IMG/VR virus record: IMGVR_UViG_3300037137_003071
DNA: 20,000 nt
Direction: 5' to 3' (one strand)
From: an uncultured virus (IMG/VR IMGVR_UViG_3300037137_003071)
Taxonomy: Duplodnaviria; Heunggongvirae; Uroviricota; Caudoviricetes
How positions within the stretch are numbered: position 1 is the first letter of the stretch; every line of letters starts with the position of its first letter. This document shows, piece by piece, positions 6,695-16,917 of the stretch. The position numbers and the translations under genes were made by a program. Under the pieces are notes generated by a model. That model was not told the DNA's origin. It did not search any database and was given only the letters and a program-made list of their open reading frames with translations.

Positions 6695-6919
6695 TCACAT
6701 CCTGAACTTCGCTGGCACGTTCGCTTCGACCCAGTCGGCAACCGCCGCCTGTGCCGCGCGTTGGCGCGCGTGATGCGCTCCTGGGTCGAGGTCGCCGGTC
6801 TTGGCCTGCGGGTACTTCTTCGCGACGACCCGCCAGAAGGCTTCCAGTGCGTCCTCGGTCACGGAGATCACGAGGGACGCGGCGATGTCACGATCGAGCT
6901 GTGCGGGCGTCTTGGCCAT
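6695..6919 (-). CDS. Small hypothetical protein with N-terminal KTPAQLDRDI motif
   Basis: AGGAGG RBS upstream of the ATG; the motif recurs in three other ORFs here. Confidence 0.8.
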   Translation of the reverse strand: MAKTPAQLDRDIAASLVISVTEDALEAFWRVVAKKYPQAKTGDLDPGAHHARQRAAQAAVADWVEANVPAKFRM

Positions 6920-6940
6920 GCCCTCCTACCGCACCCCTCG

Positions 6941-7639
6941 TCACGTCGTTACTTTGGGCGCCGTCGAGAGCAGGTACGACGGGTAGCCACGCTTCTTGTA
7001 GTACGTGTCGAAGGCGCGATCCCGCTCTTCCTCGGTCATGCCTGACCGCAGGCCAACGTCGCTGGCAAGCTTGCGCGTCTCGGCCAAGCGGCGCTCGCCC
7101 GTCTTGATCGTCGGACGTACAAGCATGAGGTAGCCGACTCCCAGGACGGCAGTCGCGCCGATCGCGATCTTCCACCATGGCGTGCCGACGGATCGATCCT
7201 GCGCTGCGTCCACGGTCCCGTGGATCACCACGCTCGGCGCCGCCGTCTCGAGCCCCCACGAGGCTCCCGCACTCATCTTGAGGTCGTTGTAGCGGGACGC
7301 CCAGCTCATCAGCACGAGAGCGGGGCCGCGATCGGCGCTACTGATCTTTCCCGCGAGCAACTGTGCGAGCACCTGGTCGCGCGCGACGTTCCAGGCCCTG
7401 ACGAAGGGCACCCAGTACGTGAGCACGAAGTGCGACTGATCGAGACCTTCGCCCGGTTTCTGGCCAGCCGCGCGCCAGTCGGTCTGGTACTTCGTCGCGT
7501 AGTCGTGATCCGCCTGCTGGATCGCCGCATCGAGCTCGTTGACGCGCTCGCGGAACACGTAGGCATAGCTGCGGTAGAAACCTTCCGCTTGAGGGAGCTT
7601 GCTGACGCCGTTGCTGCCGATGTATTCGCCGCGACCCAT
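6941..7639 (-). CDS. Hypothetical protein with near-C-terminal TM anchor; paralog-like to 17381-18034
   Basis: GGAGG RBS before ATG 7639 (MGRGEY). TM segment WWKIAIGATAVLGVGYLMLV. Confidence 0.75.
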   Translation of the reverse strand: MGRGEYIGSNGVSKLPQAEGFYRSYAYVFRERVNELDAAIQQADHDYATKYQTDWRAAGQKPGEGLDQSHFVLTYWVPFVRAWNVARDQVLAQLLAGKISSADRGPALVLMSWASRYNDLKMSAGASWGLETAAPSVVIHGTVDAAQDRSVGTPWWKIAIGATAVLGVGYLMLVRPTIKTGERRLAETRKLASDVGLRSGMTEEERDRAFDTYYKKRGYPSYLLSTAPKVTT

Positions 7640-7700
7640 CTGAGACCTCCGGGATCTCGATTCTAGAGCATAGCGCTGCGATCCGTGCGAGTGTCCGAGC

Positions 7701-7892
7701 ATGCACTGCCCCGGGTGCGAAGCAGTCATCCCGATCCCGGACATCGGCTCGCGCACGCCGCCGGGCACCGAGGTCGCCTGTACCTGTGGCGACGCGATCG
7801 GCGTCCTCTACACCAAGCACGGACCCATCCTCAGCTGGTGGCGTCCCAGCCGGCCGATCGTCGTCCGTAACGGGATGAGTGACGAGTCCTGA
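7701..7892 (+). CDS. Small Zn-ribbon-like protein
   Basis: CPGC...CTCG; the stop directly abuts the lysozyme ATG. Confidence 0.5.
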   Translation: MHCPGCEAVIPIPDIGSRTPPGTEVACTCGDAIGVLYTKHGPILSWWRPSRPIVVRNGMSDES

Positions 7893-8501
7893 ATGCCTTC
7901 CGCGCGGGCACCGAGAGCGTGGCTTCGACCGGCGATCCTCGGCGGCGGCATCTTCGCGGTGTTCGCGTGGCTCGGCCGACGTTCGCGCCCAGCGCTTCCA
8001 CCCGTGAGGACTTCGGGTGTAACGCCGACCTCGATCAGTGCCCAGGGGACGCGCTTCATCGCGCAGTTCGAGGGATTTGATCCCAAGCTCGTCAACGATG
8101 ACGCGGGGCACTGCACGATCGGCTTCGGGCACCTCATCCACCTGGGCCCGTGCAACGGCAGCGAGCCGGCCGAGTTCAAACGCGGCATCACCGAAGAGCG
8201 CGGGCTCGAGCTGCTGGCGCAAGAGACGACCGCCGCGGCCGAGGGCGTGTCACGCATCGTGACGGTTCCGCTCACGCAGACTCAATTCGATGCTCTCAGC
8301 AGCTTTACGTTCAACGTCGGTCAGACGAGCTTCGCGACTTCGACGCTGCTGAGGCTGCTCAACCGGGGCGACTACGCCAGCGTCCCAGGGCAGCTTGGCC
8401 GGTTCGTCTTCGCGGGGGGCCGGAAGCTGTCGGGCCTGGTCGCACGCCGCGCGGCCGAGGGGCGACTCTTCTCGACGGGCGGCTACGGCCTCGGCATCTG
8501 A
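7893..8501 (+). CDS. Phage-type lysozyme (GH24) with N-terminal TM, SAR-endolysin-like
   Basis: FEG...D...CTIGFGH catalytic region, LTQTQFDALSSFTFNVG, STLLRLLN, GLVARRAAE. N-terminal hydrophobic AILGGGIFAVFAWLG. Confidence 0.92.
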   Translation: MPSARAPRAWLRPAILGGGIFAVFAWLGRRSRPALPPVRTSGVTPTSISAQGTRFIAQFEGFDPKLVNDDAGHCTIGFGHLIHLGPCNGSEPAEFKRGITEERGLELLAQETTAAAEGVSRIVTVPLTQTQFDALSSFTFNVGQTSFATSTLLRLLNRGDYASVPGQLGRFVFAGGRKLSGLVARRAAEGRLFSTGGYGLGI

Positions 8502-8512
8502 TCTGATCAGAT

Positions 8513-8863
8513 ATGCTCGTTCGCATGGACGGTCACGCCCTTCTCGGAGACATCGCGCTGTACTCCAGCGTCTGTGGTGACGGAGGTCCTTGGGGGTACC
8601 GTCGCCGCGGCAAGTCGCTGCCGGAGAAGTACCTTCCAGGACGCTTCCTCGCAGGCATGCGCTCCGACGCTCGCGCAGATGTCGTACGCGCGGTCAACGC
8701 GACGAAGACGTCGCCGGCACCGTGGTTCCTTCGCTACGTCGTCGACGAGGAGGAGCCGCGCGTCGCCGTGCCGCCGCTGCCGGTCGATCGCCGCTGGAGC
8801 TGCCGTGGGCGTTGGTCGACGCCGCCGGCCTCGGTCGCGCGGCGCCGCAAGATCCCGAGCTAG
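8513..8863 (+). CDS. Hypothetical protein
   Basis: ATG 11 nt after the lysozyme stop, same strand; no recognisable motif. Confidence 0.4.
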   Translation: MLVRMDGHALLGDIALYSSVCGDGGPWGYRRRGKSLPEKYLPGRFLAGMRSDARADVVRAVNATKTSPAPWFLRYVVDEEEPRVAVPPLPVDRRWSCRGRWSTPPASVARRRKIPS

Positions 8864-9002
8864 CTCCTGGGTATCCTGTCACCCGTGTCTTGGGCAGCAC
8901 ACGCGCCGCCTCGTGAACACTGGGTGCGAGAGCACCCACGGTCTACTGACGGGCACTTGCAGCGGCCTTACGCCGGCACGCGGGCTGCTCTAGCTGTTCG
9001 TC

Positions 9003-9734
9003 ATGAGCAAGACCAGCAAGCGTAGCAAGCGGTCCCGCGGTACCACCGATCGTTCGGCCACCACCGACGTTGTCACCCAGCTCGAATGCGCCGTCCGCAA
9101 TCCCCACGCGGCGCTGATCGGCGCCGTGATTGGCGGGCTCGTCCCGTGGTTCGGTCGCACGCTCGCGCACGAGGAGATTCCGTCGACCTGGTCGGCCGGT
9201 TACCACGGGTTCGCGACGGTGATGATCGCGGTCGTCCTGGGCTGCGCATGCTTCTCCGCGATCTCCGTCTACAAGTTCGGCAAGGCAGCGTTCGGCGACT
9301 CGCGCAAGGCTCTTGGCTTTGTGCTCGCCCTGGAGGGCGTGATGCTGGTGTCCCATGGGGCCACGAGCAACGTGGCGCTCGGGGTTCTGATCTTGATCAA
9401 CGCGGTCGCGAACGGATCAGTGATCGCCCTTTCGCGCGACGCGACCAAGCGCCGTTGCGAGGCCGACGCACGCCGCGCCGCGACGCGGGCTCGCAGTCGG
9501 ACCTCCGCGCGCGGCACGACTGCCGAGCAGCCCGCGCCGCAGCCCGCGCCGCAGCCCGCGGCTCCCACTCGTCAGGCCCCGGCCGTCGGTACGTCGGCGC
9601 GGCGGCAGGCTGCTCGCCCCGCGCGCCCCGCGAGCGCGCCTGGTCTGGTGATCACGGCGCCGTGGCGCCGCGCGACACTCGACGACGACGTGATCGATGC
9701 GGAGATCGTCTCCGAGCAGAAGTTCCTGGCGTAG
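9003..9734 (+). CDS. Multi-pass membrane protein with Pro/Ala/Arg-rich C-terminal tail
   Basis: About 4 hydrophobic segments, then a QPAP x3 repeat (12-nt unit, 9527-9560) and an acidic DDDVIDAEIV end. Confidence 0.8.
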   Translation: MSKTSKRSKRSRGTTDRSATTDVVTQLECAVRNPHAALIGAVIGGLVPWFGRTLAHEEIPSTWSAGYHGFATVMIAVVLGCACFSAISVYKFGKAAFGDSRKALGFVLALEGVMLVSHGATSNVALGVLILINAVANGSVIALSRDATKRRCEADARRAATRARSRTSARGTTAEQPAPQPAPQPAAPTRQAPAVGTSARRQAARPARPASAPGLVITAPWRRATLDDDVIDAEIVSEQKFLA

Positions 9735-9784
9735 CGCCACGGTGACGCTTGCCAGAAGCTCGGATCCGGCATACTCGCGGGCAG

Positions 9785-9949
9785 ATGTCTCGAATGCCGC
9801 TCTTCTCGGTGGTGATCTACATCGCGACACGCCTCGCGCTCGATGGCCAGGTGGTGGACAAGAGCATGGTGGAGCTGTTCGGTCGAGCTGGACTGCATCT
9901 CGCCTCGCGTGACATCGCTGCGGACGATGGCGAGCACGTCGATGACTGA
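9785..9949 (+). CDS. Small hypothetical protein
   Basis: Fills the gap on the same strand and overlaps the next start; start uncertain. Confidence 0.35.
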   Translation: MSRMPLFSVVIYIATRLALDGQVVDKSMVELFGRAGLHLASRDIAADDGEHVDD

Positions 9950-10151
9950 AGAGGCCGCCCGCACGCGCACACCCGAGCAGTGGGCGTACGGCGCGATCTT
10001 GGACTACTGGGATCGTTGGAACGCCGCTCGTCGATCGGTGTGGCGCAAGCGTCCGCGTCGGGGTGGATCAGCAGCCCTCGCCTTCGCGCTCGCGGCAGCG
10101 ACTTCGGTCGCTCCAGGCGTGCCGCAGATGCGGTACAACCGCGGTCGATGA
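9942..10151 (+). CDS. Small hypothetical protein
   Basis: ATG 9942; the stop overlaps the next gene as ATGA. Confidence 0.45.
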   Translation: MTEEAARTRTPEQWAYGAILDYWDRWNAARRSVWRKRPRRGGSAALAFALAAATSVAPGVPQMRYNRGR

Positions 10152-10492
10152 AGCTCGAAACGCATGAAGGGCTGATCGCGGGGCCGGTGACCGCGGACGT
10201 CATCGCGCGAACCGTCGCGCAGCTCACCGAGGTCGGCAAGGCGTACGTCATCCTGGACGACGACGTCGACGCCGAGACGTACGTGCAGGCCGCCGGCACA
10301 GTCGGTGAGGACTTCATCGTCGAGCGGCGCGACGGCTGCGCGGGCGAGCACTACCGGGGTGATCGTCGCGTGACGGCCGACGAGCTGGCCGCGATGCTCG
10401 TGGGTTGTCTGCACGGAACGACGGACTGGAGCCACGTCATCTCGTGGCATCACGTGCGCGTCGACTTTGGTGCCGCGAATGCGAACGCCTAG
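10148..10492 (+). CDS. Hypothetical alpha/beta protein
   Basis: ATGA-coupled start, GC3-rich codons, globular-looking YVQAAG...VERRDG...HY...W...W pattern. Confidence 0.7.
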   Translation: MKLETHEGLIAGPVTADVIARTVAQLTEVGKAYVILDDDVDAETYVQAAGTVGEDFIVERRDGCAGEHYRGDRRVTADELAAMLVGCLHGTTDWSHVISWHHVRVDFGAANANA

Positions 10493-10593
10493 TTGCTCTC
10501 TCGCTCGGCCGCAGTGGTGATGCGGCAAGAGCAGCCCTTGCCGGGGCGCTCCGCGGTAGCGCGCGCCTACTGCGCCGCCGCACGTCGGGCAGC

Positions 10594-10622
10594 TTGACGA
10601 TCGCAGCCGCTTGCGCTACACG
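10594..10622 (+). promoter_or_regulatory. Possible promoter for the tRNA-Leu cluster
   Basis: TTGACG-N17-TACACG; the -10 is imperfect. Confidence 0.35.
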
Positions 10623-10716
10623 TGGATCTCCTCAATGCGCACGTTTCGCTTACCCGCTCGACTTCGCTCGCTACGCTTGCCGGCTTGAGGCAGGCGTAGC
10701 TCGCAGCTTGTCTTGA

Positions 10717-10788
10717 GCCGGCGTAGCCCAATGGAGAGGCAGCGCGCTTAAACCGCGTCCAGTGCGTGCTCGAACCACGCCGCCGGCA
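10717..10788 (+). tRNA. tRNA-Leu(UAA), short variable loop, atypical T loop
   Basis: GCCGGCG/CGCCGGC-A; GCGCG-CT-TAA-AC-CGCGT; T loop CTCGAAC. Confidence 0.75.
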
Positions 10789-10791
10789 GAC

Positions 10792-10867
10792 GTCGCGGTA
10801 GCCCAACCTTGGTAGAGGCGGTGCGTTGAGCGCGCACTGGTTGCGGGTTCAAGTCCCGCTCGCGACA
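10792..10867 (+). tRNA. tRNA-Leu(GAG), short variable loop
   Basis: GTCGCGG/TCGCGAC-A; GTGCG-TT-GAG-CG-CGCAC; GCGGG-TTCAAGT-CCCGC. Confidence 0.85.
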
Positions 10868-10931
10868 CGAGGAGGAGGACACGTTTTTCGACCGAGTCCC
10901 GAAAAAGATCACCGATCCGTTTACGTTTTTC

Positions 10932-11007
10932 GCCGACGTAGCCCAATTTTGGTAGCGGCAATGGTTTCAGACACCATTCAGTCTCGGTTCGAGTCCGAGC
11001 GTCGGCA
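10932..11007 (+). tRNA. tRNA-Leu(CAG), short variable loop
   Basis: GCCGACG/CGTCGGC-A; ATGGT-TT-CAG-AC-ACCAT; CTCGG-TTCGAGT-CCGAG. Confidence 0.9.
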
Positions 11008-11018
11008 CGTTATTTTTG

Positions 11019-11091
11019 GTCGTCGTGGCCCAACGGCAGAGGCGCCCGATTCAAGATCGGGAAGTTGCGAGTTCGACTCTCGCCGACGACA
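11019..11091 (+). tRNA. tRNA-Leu(CAA), short variable loop
   Basis: GTCGTCG/CGACGAC-A; CCCGA-TT-CAA-GA-TCGGG; GCGAG-TTCGACT-CTCGC. Confidence 0.9.
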
Positions 11092-11105
11092 CCGAGTCCC
11101 GCGCG

Positions 11106-12125
11106 CTACGGAGTGAACGTGATCGCGAGCCCGGCACTGCCAGCGAGTCCGGCGGTGGACGTTCCGCCAGATCCTGTGCCACCAACGCCACCCGACACGT
11201 CGATGGCAGGCAGCGCGCCATTGGTCACGACTACGACGATGCCGCCAGCCCCGCCGCCACCGCCGCTACCAAAGAAACCACCGAACGCAGATCCGGGACC
11301 TCCAGTACCACCCTTCGCGCTCACGGTCAGCCCTCCAGCGATCAGCGGCGACGCGACGGCGACGTAGCCGCCGCCAGCACCGCCACCGCCGCCTTCTGAT
11401 CCCGAGAACCCACCGCTCTGTCCACCGCCACCACCCGGAGCGGAGCTACCAACACCAGTGATGCCCGTGGATGCCGAAAAACAGACGGCTTCCATGGCTT
11501 CGACGGCGGTACGGATGTCTCCTGTAGCCGCGGGGATCGTCGCACCTGTGGTTCCTCCCAGCCCTCCACCGCCGGTCCCAATACCACCGTGACCGCCAAC
11601 ACCTGTGTATCCGCGAGGCGCGTTGACTCCGCCAGCGAGACCAGCGGCATTTTCAGCGCCGCCACTAGCGGACCCGGGAAGGGTCCTGCTCGTAAATCCT
11701 GAACCGCCGAAGGTCACGCCTCCTGGATTGCCAATTCGTTCGATGGTTCCGGGACCCGTGATAGATGTCTTGGCGTAGACCCGGAAGCCGTTCGACAGAA
11801 TGTTTACGCCGGCACTGACAGCAATGGTCGTCGCGAAGATGTCGCGAAGTAGAGTGTAGAGGCTGGCCACCGGCACGAGCCCAAGCACTGTTGCGACGCC
11901 ATCGAACACGAGCGCGCCATCGCTTCCATCACCGAAGTTGAAGCCAACCGCCGAGCCCGTAGCGACCAACACCCAGCTGGTGTCACTCACGCCAGTCTTG
12001 ATAAAGAGCTCCCCCGTCGTATTGTTTCGATACTGCGTATCGATCGGACCCGGAACGCCGCCGCCAGCACTCGGATTCACGGTGCCTTCGAGGTCCCAAC
12101 GCCATCCTGTACGTGAAGTGGTCAT
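11106..12125 (-). CDS. Glycine-rich fibre/virion-like protein
   Basis: FGDGSDG motif followed by poly-Gly segments (GGGGAGGG). ATG 12125 overlaps the upstream stop (alternative start 12158). Confidence 0.8.
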   Translation of the reverse strand: MTTSRTGWRWDLEGTVNPSAGGGVPGPIDTQYRNNTTGELFIKTGVSDTSWVLVATGSAVGFNFGDGSDGALVFDGVATVLGLVPVASLYTLLRDIFATTIAVSAGVNILSNGFRVYAKTSITGPGTIERIGNPGGVTFGGSGFTSRTLPGSASGGAENAAGLAGGVNAPRGYTGVGGHGGIGTGGGGLGGTTGATIPAATGDIRTAVEAMEAVCFSASTGITGVGSSAPGGGGGQSGGFSGSEGGGGGAGGGYVAVASPLIAGGLTVSAKGGTGGPGSAFGGFFGSGGGGGAGGIVVVVTNGALPAIDVSGGVGGTGSGGTSTAGLAGSAGLAITFTP

Positions 12126-12454
12126 GGATAGGCTCCTGGAGGTTGCACGAAGATCCACTCGGTTTGATCAGGTCCAACGACAAGTGCGCTGCGTTGGCCC
12201 ATCTTGGGAATCAACTTCGTCGCGATGTCTTTGGCGCGCTCGAAGATCTTTTCCGGCGTGCTGCTGACTTCCGGATAGTTGACGAAACCAATTGCGACAC
12301 CTGATTCTACTGCGCCCGTGAACACGAATTCGGTTGGCGTGAGGCTGACGCAGAGCCACTGCTGATACGCCTCTTCTCGAAGAAGTGCTCGGGCCGTCAC
12401 GAGGTCACCGGCGATGTAGATCGTCGCCTGGTATGTGGCGATTCGCGAGTCCAT
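12122..12454 (-). CDS. Hypothetical phage-type protein
   Basis: ATG 12454 lies 4 nt after the collagen gene stop. Globular CVSLTPTEFVFTG...E.G...GFVNYP sequence; coupled to the next gene. Confidence 0.75.
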   Translation of the reverse strand: MDSRIATYQATIYIAGDLVTARALLREEAYQQWLCVSLTPTEFVFTGAVESGVAIGFVNYPEVSSTPEKIFERAKDIATKLIPKMGQRSALVVGPDQTEWIFVQPPGAYP

Positions 12455-12458
12455 GCGA

Positions 12459-14057
<1,599 letters not shown>

Positions 14058-14555
14058 TCACTCTAGCTCAGCGCGACCGAGCGTTCCAGAATCTGGCCGC
14101 GGACCGCGGGAGACGCCTCGATCGCGCGCCCTCTAGGAGGATCGTGAGAGGAAGGGAGGCGCAGGCGCGATCGCTGTTATGCATGACGATTGCGATCTAC
14201 GCACTCTCGCGCTAGTCCTCGACGTCCTCTGGATCGGGTGCCGCGAGCCACGCGTGCTCGATCCGTCGGCCACGGATCCGCTCGCGCACCGCGGGTCGAA
14301 CTCCGTAGCCGTAGCAGGGTCCTCTCGACAGCTTTGGTCGACCCGACGGGTGACCACTACAACCGCAGTCCTTGTCCTTCATCGTGACCTCCGTGAGCGC
14401 CCGCCAGGCGCTCGGTAGTGGTCACGACGTAGGTCCTCGGGGTCCTTGTCGACACGAAGGTGAGCGTATCAGATCGCTCCCCCGAGAAGATGCGCTTTCC
14501 CCTCGCGGGGTGTCGCCTCGTTCGGCTAGGGTCCTCGTATAACGAGGAGGCACGC

Positions 14556-15026
14556 ATGAGCGACAAGATCGCCAGGCTCGGCATCGAGCGCGACAACGAC
14601 CTGATGTACTACATCAAGAACGGCGACGTCTGGGCGACGCCGCGCAAGCAGCGCGGACAGCCCAAGGGCAAGCCCCAGAAGGTCGCGGCGACCGGCCTCG
14701 AGATGGACTACAGCCGGTACATCTACTTCCTTGACGGCGACGGCGACGTTGCTCGCAAGGAGCGCCACCTCGGTGGCGGCGGGAAGAAGAGCGCGAAGGC
14801 CAAGGCTCCGAAGACGGCGAAGCCCTCGAAGGCGGCAAGCCCCGCGACCAGGAAGTCTCACGAGACGGTCTGGAGTGGAAAGGGCAAGAAGAGCGAGGCC
14901 CAGCTCGATCGCGAAATCGAGGAGTGTCTCGCTCGAGCCAAGGGCGGCGGAAACGGCTCCGCAGCCAAGCCGCCCGCGCCGCCCGCGAGCAAGCGCGGCG
15001 GCAAGAAGAAGAAGGCGCAGCGCTAG
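14556..15026 (+). CDS. Basic nucleic-acid-binding protein: Cc1-like duplicated beta repeat plus Lys/Ala-rich tail
   Basis: GAGGAGG RBS, TATAAC at 14538. Repeats KIARLGIERDNDLMYYIKNGDV and KVAATGLEMDYSRYIYFLDGDGDV. Histone-H1-like tail containing KKSEAQLDREI. Confidence 0.7.
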   Translation: MSDKIARLGIERDNDLMYYIKNGDVWATPRKQRGQPKGKPQKVAATGLEMDYSRYIYFLDGDGDVARKERHLGGGGKKSAKAKAPKTAKPSKAASPATRKSHETVWSGKGKKSEAQLDREIEECLARAKGGGNGSAAKPPAPPASKRGGKKKKAQR

Positions 15027-15224
15027 GTCACGTCGCGCTCGGATCGATACCGCGCGCCTTTAACTCCGTGGGGGTCAGCGCGCCGGCGAGTGAACGCGTT
15101 TCTTGAGGAGGACGCACAGGTTCGCGACCTTGCTCGTCTGGGGATCGACGAGGGAGCACGAGCGTAACAGGTACCTGCGACAACGAAGTTGCGAGCGTCC
15201 GGCCGCCAGGCGACACTCGTGAAG

Positions 15225-15410
15225 ATGCAGATCTCCGGGAACGATCGGGGCCAGTATGGCAACCCCGCAGACACGGATCGCCAGGAGGGCAAGCACCTTG
15301 GGAGCGCTGGGGTCCTCGTTCTCCTGGGCTTCACCGTGGGGATCTACGCGCTCTCGCCGGGCGCTCGGCACTTCTACAAGCATGGACACCTGCCGCCGTG
15401 GCGGCGATGA
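15225..15410 (+). CDS. Small single-TM protein
   Basis: RGQYG near the N terminus, TM AGVLVLLGFTVGIYAL; the stop overlaps the next ATG. Confidence 0.6.
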   Translation: MQISGNDRGQYGNPADTDRQEGKHLGSAGVLVLLGFTVGIYALSPGARHFYKHGHLPPWRR

Positions 15411-15871
15411 AGAAGCCTGGATCTCCGCGCCTGCGCCTCCTGGGTCGCGTCGAGGGGCTCGCAATCTATCTCGTCAACGGCGAGAAGATTCGTGACGAGA
15501 TCGACATCGACTTCGTCAACGGGGGCAACGAGGCGATCTACCCGAGATACATCCCAGCGGGCGAGATCTGGATCGACGACGCGCAGCATCCGATCGATCG
15601 GACCGCGACGGCCCTCCACGAACTCGTCGAGCGCGATCTCATGCTCCACCACGGCATGGGCTACGACGCTGCGCACGACGCCGCGAATGGGCACGAGCGT
15701 GCGTTTCGTCAGCAGCTCGTGCAACGTCCTCCTGCAAGGTTCGACGATCGCCGTCTCGCCACGGCATACCGCGTCTACCTCCGCGAGCGGCCGAGTCGCC
15801 AGCGGTCACGCCAGCTCGACCGCGAGATCGCCGCGGCCCTCGGCCATCATGACAGGATCGGTGCACGATGA
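15407..15871 (+). CDS. Zincin-like protein with HExxE variant motif
   Basis: EIWID...ALHELVE...YDAAH; C-terminal RSRQLDREI; ATGA overlaps at both ends. Confidence 0.7.
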   Translation: MKKPGSPRLRLLGRVEGLAIYLVNGEKIRDEIDIDFVNGGNEAIYPRYIPAGEIWIDDAQHPIDRTATALHELVERDLMLHHGMGYDAAHDAANGHERAFRQQLVQRPPARFDDRRLATAYRVYLRERPSRQRSRQLDREIAAALGHHDRIGAR

Positions 15872-16230
15872 AGTTCGCAACGTTGCTCGCCGATCTCGGA
15901 GAGTCCAAGGACCGTAAGCGCCTTCAGGGGCGCATCCAGCGACTGCTCAACAAGTGGCAGCCGATCTTGGGCGTCACGATCAGCGACTGGGAGCTGCGGA
16001 AGATGACGAACTACTGGGGCTCGGCGAACAACTCGACCGGCCACATCATCTTCAACTCCGAGTTGGCCAAGCTCCCACCGCGCTACGTCGAGTACCTCGT
16101 CGTCCACGAGCTCGTGCACCAGCTGACCGACGGGCACGATGCTCGCTTCTACGAGCTGATGGATCGACACCTACCAGGCTGGCGCCGGTTGCAGTCGCGG
16201 ATCGAGGAGCCCCTGGAGCGGTACAGCTGA
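15868..16230 (+). CDS. YgjP/DUF45-like metal-dependent hydrolase domain
   Basis: MTNYWGS...IIFNSEL...EYLVVHELVH...GHDARFY...PGW. Confidence 0.85.
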   Translation: MKFATLLADLGESKDRKRLQGRIQRLLNKWQPILGVTISDWELRKMTNYWGSANNSTGHIIFNSELAKLPPRYVEYLVVHELVHQLTDGHDARFYELMDRHLPGWRRLQSRIEEPLERYS

Positions 16231-16237
16231 GCTGCCC

Positions 16238-16894
16238 ATGCCGTCGCTCGACGAGATCGCTTCCCGCATCGACGGCCACGTGACCAAGTACATGGGGCTG
16301 CTCGAGATCAACGGCGCGCCGCCGATCCTCAAGCTGCGCAGCAACCTCGGATCGAAGTGGCTCGGGCGCTCGACGTGGTCTTCACGCCGCCCGCACACGA
16401 CGCTCCTGGAGCTACAGCAGTCCATTCTCGGCGACGATCGGACGCTGGAGCGCGTCATCGCCCACGAGATGATCCACCACCGCGACGCGCTCGCGATCTC
16501 CGAGAACGATGTCGTGCTCATGCGCGTCGGGATCAAACCGGAGTCGCACGGAGCGTCGTTCCGCGAGGGAGCTGCACGCATCAACGAGGTCATGGGACCA
16601 GGCTTTGTCACGGAGGTCTCCGACAAGGAGTACAGCCACGCGCCGTCTCTCAAGAAGTTCGTCGTCCTGATCACGCCGCTGCCGGACGGCCGGCTCGGCT
16701 GGACGTGGGCCGCGCGTCTTGGCGCCAAGGCGAAGGACTGGGTAGACGAACTCGTCGGCCGTGGATCGCGCCTCGTGTACACGACCGATGATCGGTGGAC
16801 CCGTGGCCGCAAGATCGTACGCTACGGCGGTTACTCGGTGCCCAGGGACAGCGCCGACGCCGCGCTGCTCCAGGAGCTGTACCAAACCGCGTAG
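16238..16894 (+). CDS. SprT-like zinc metalloprotease
   Basis: WLGRS...LERVIAHEMIH...SHGASF...IN. Confidence 0.75.
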   Translation: MPSLDEIASRIDGHVTKYMGLLEINGAPPILKLRSNLGSKWLGRSTWSSRRPHTTLLELQQSILGDDRTLERVIAHEMIHHRDALAISENDVVLMRVGIKPESHGASFREGAARINEVMGPGFVTEVSDKEYSHAPSLKKFVVLITPLPDGRLGWTWAARLGAKAKDWVDELVGRGSRLVYTTDDRWTRGRKIVRYGGYSVPRDSADAALLQELYQTA

Positions 16895-16917
16895 CGCGGC
16901 TACAAGGTGCAGGACAC

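Noticed and set aside
9003..9734. Holin partner of the lysozyme
   Set aside because: It has TM helices but also a long soluble tail and no recognisable holin signature; the call cannot be supported from sequence alone.
10868..10931. Missing tRNA-Leu(UAG) in the spacer; ACCGAGTCCCG repeated at 10891 and 11091 as an att site
   Set aside because: No cloverleaf, only a short hairpin. An 11-nt repeat with no integrase in the window is insufficient.
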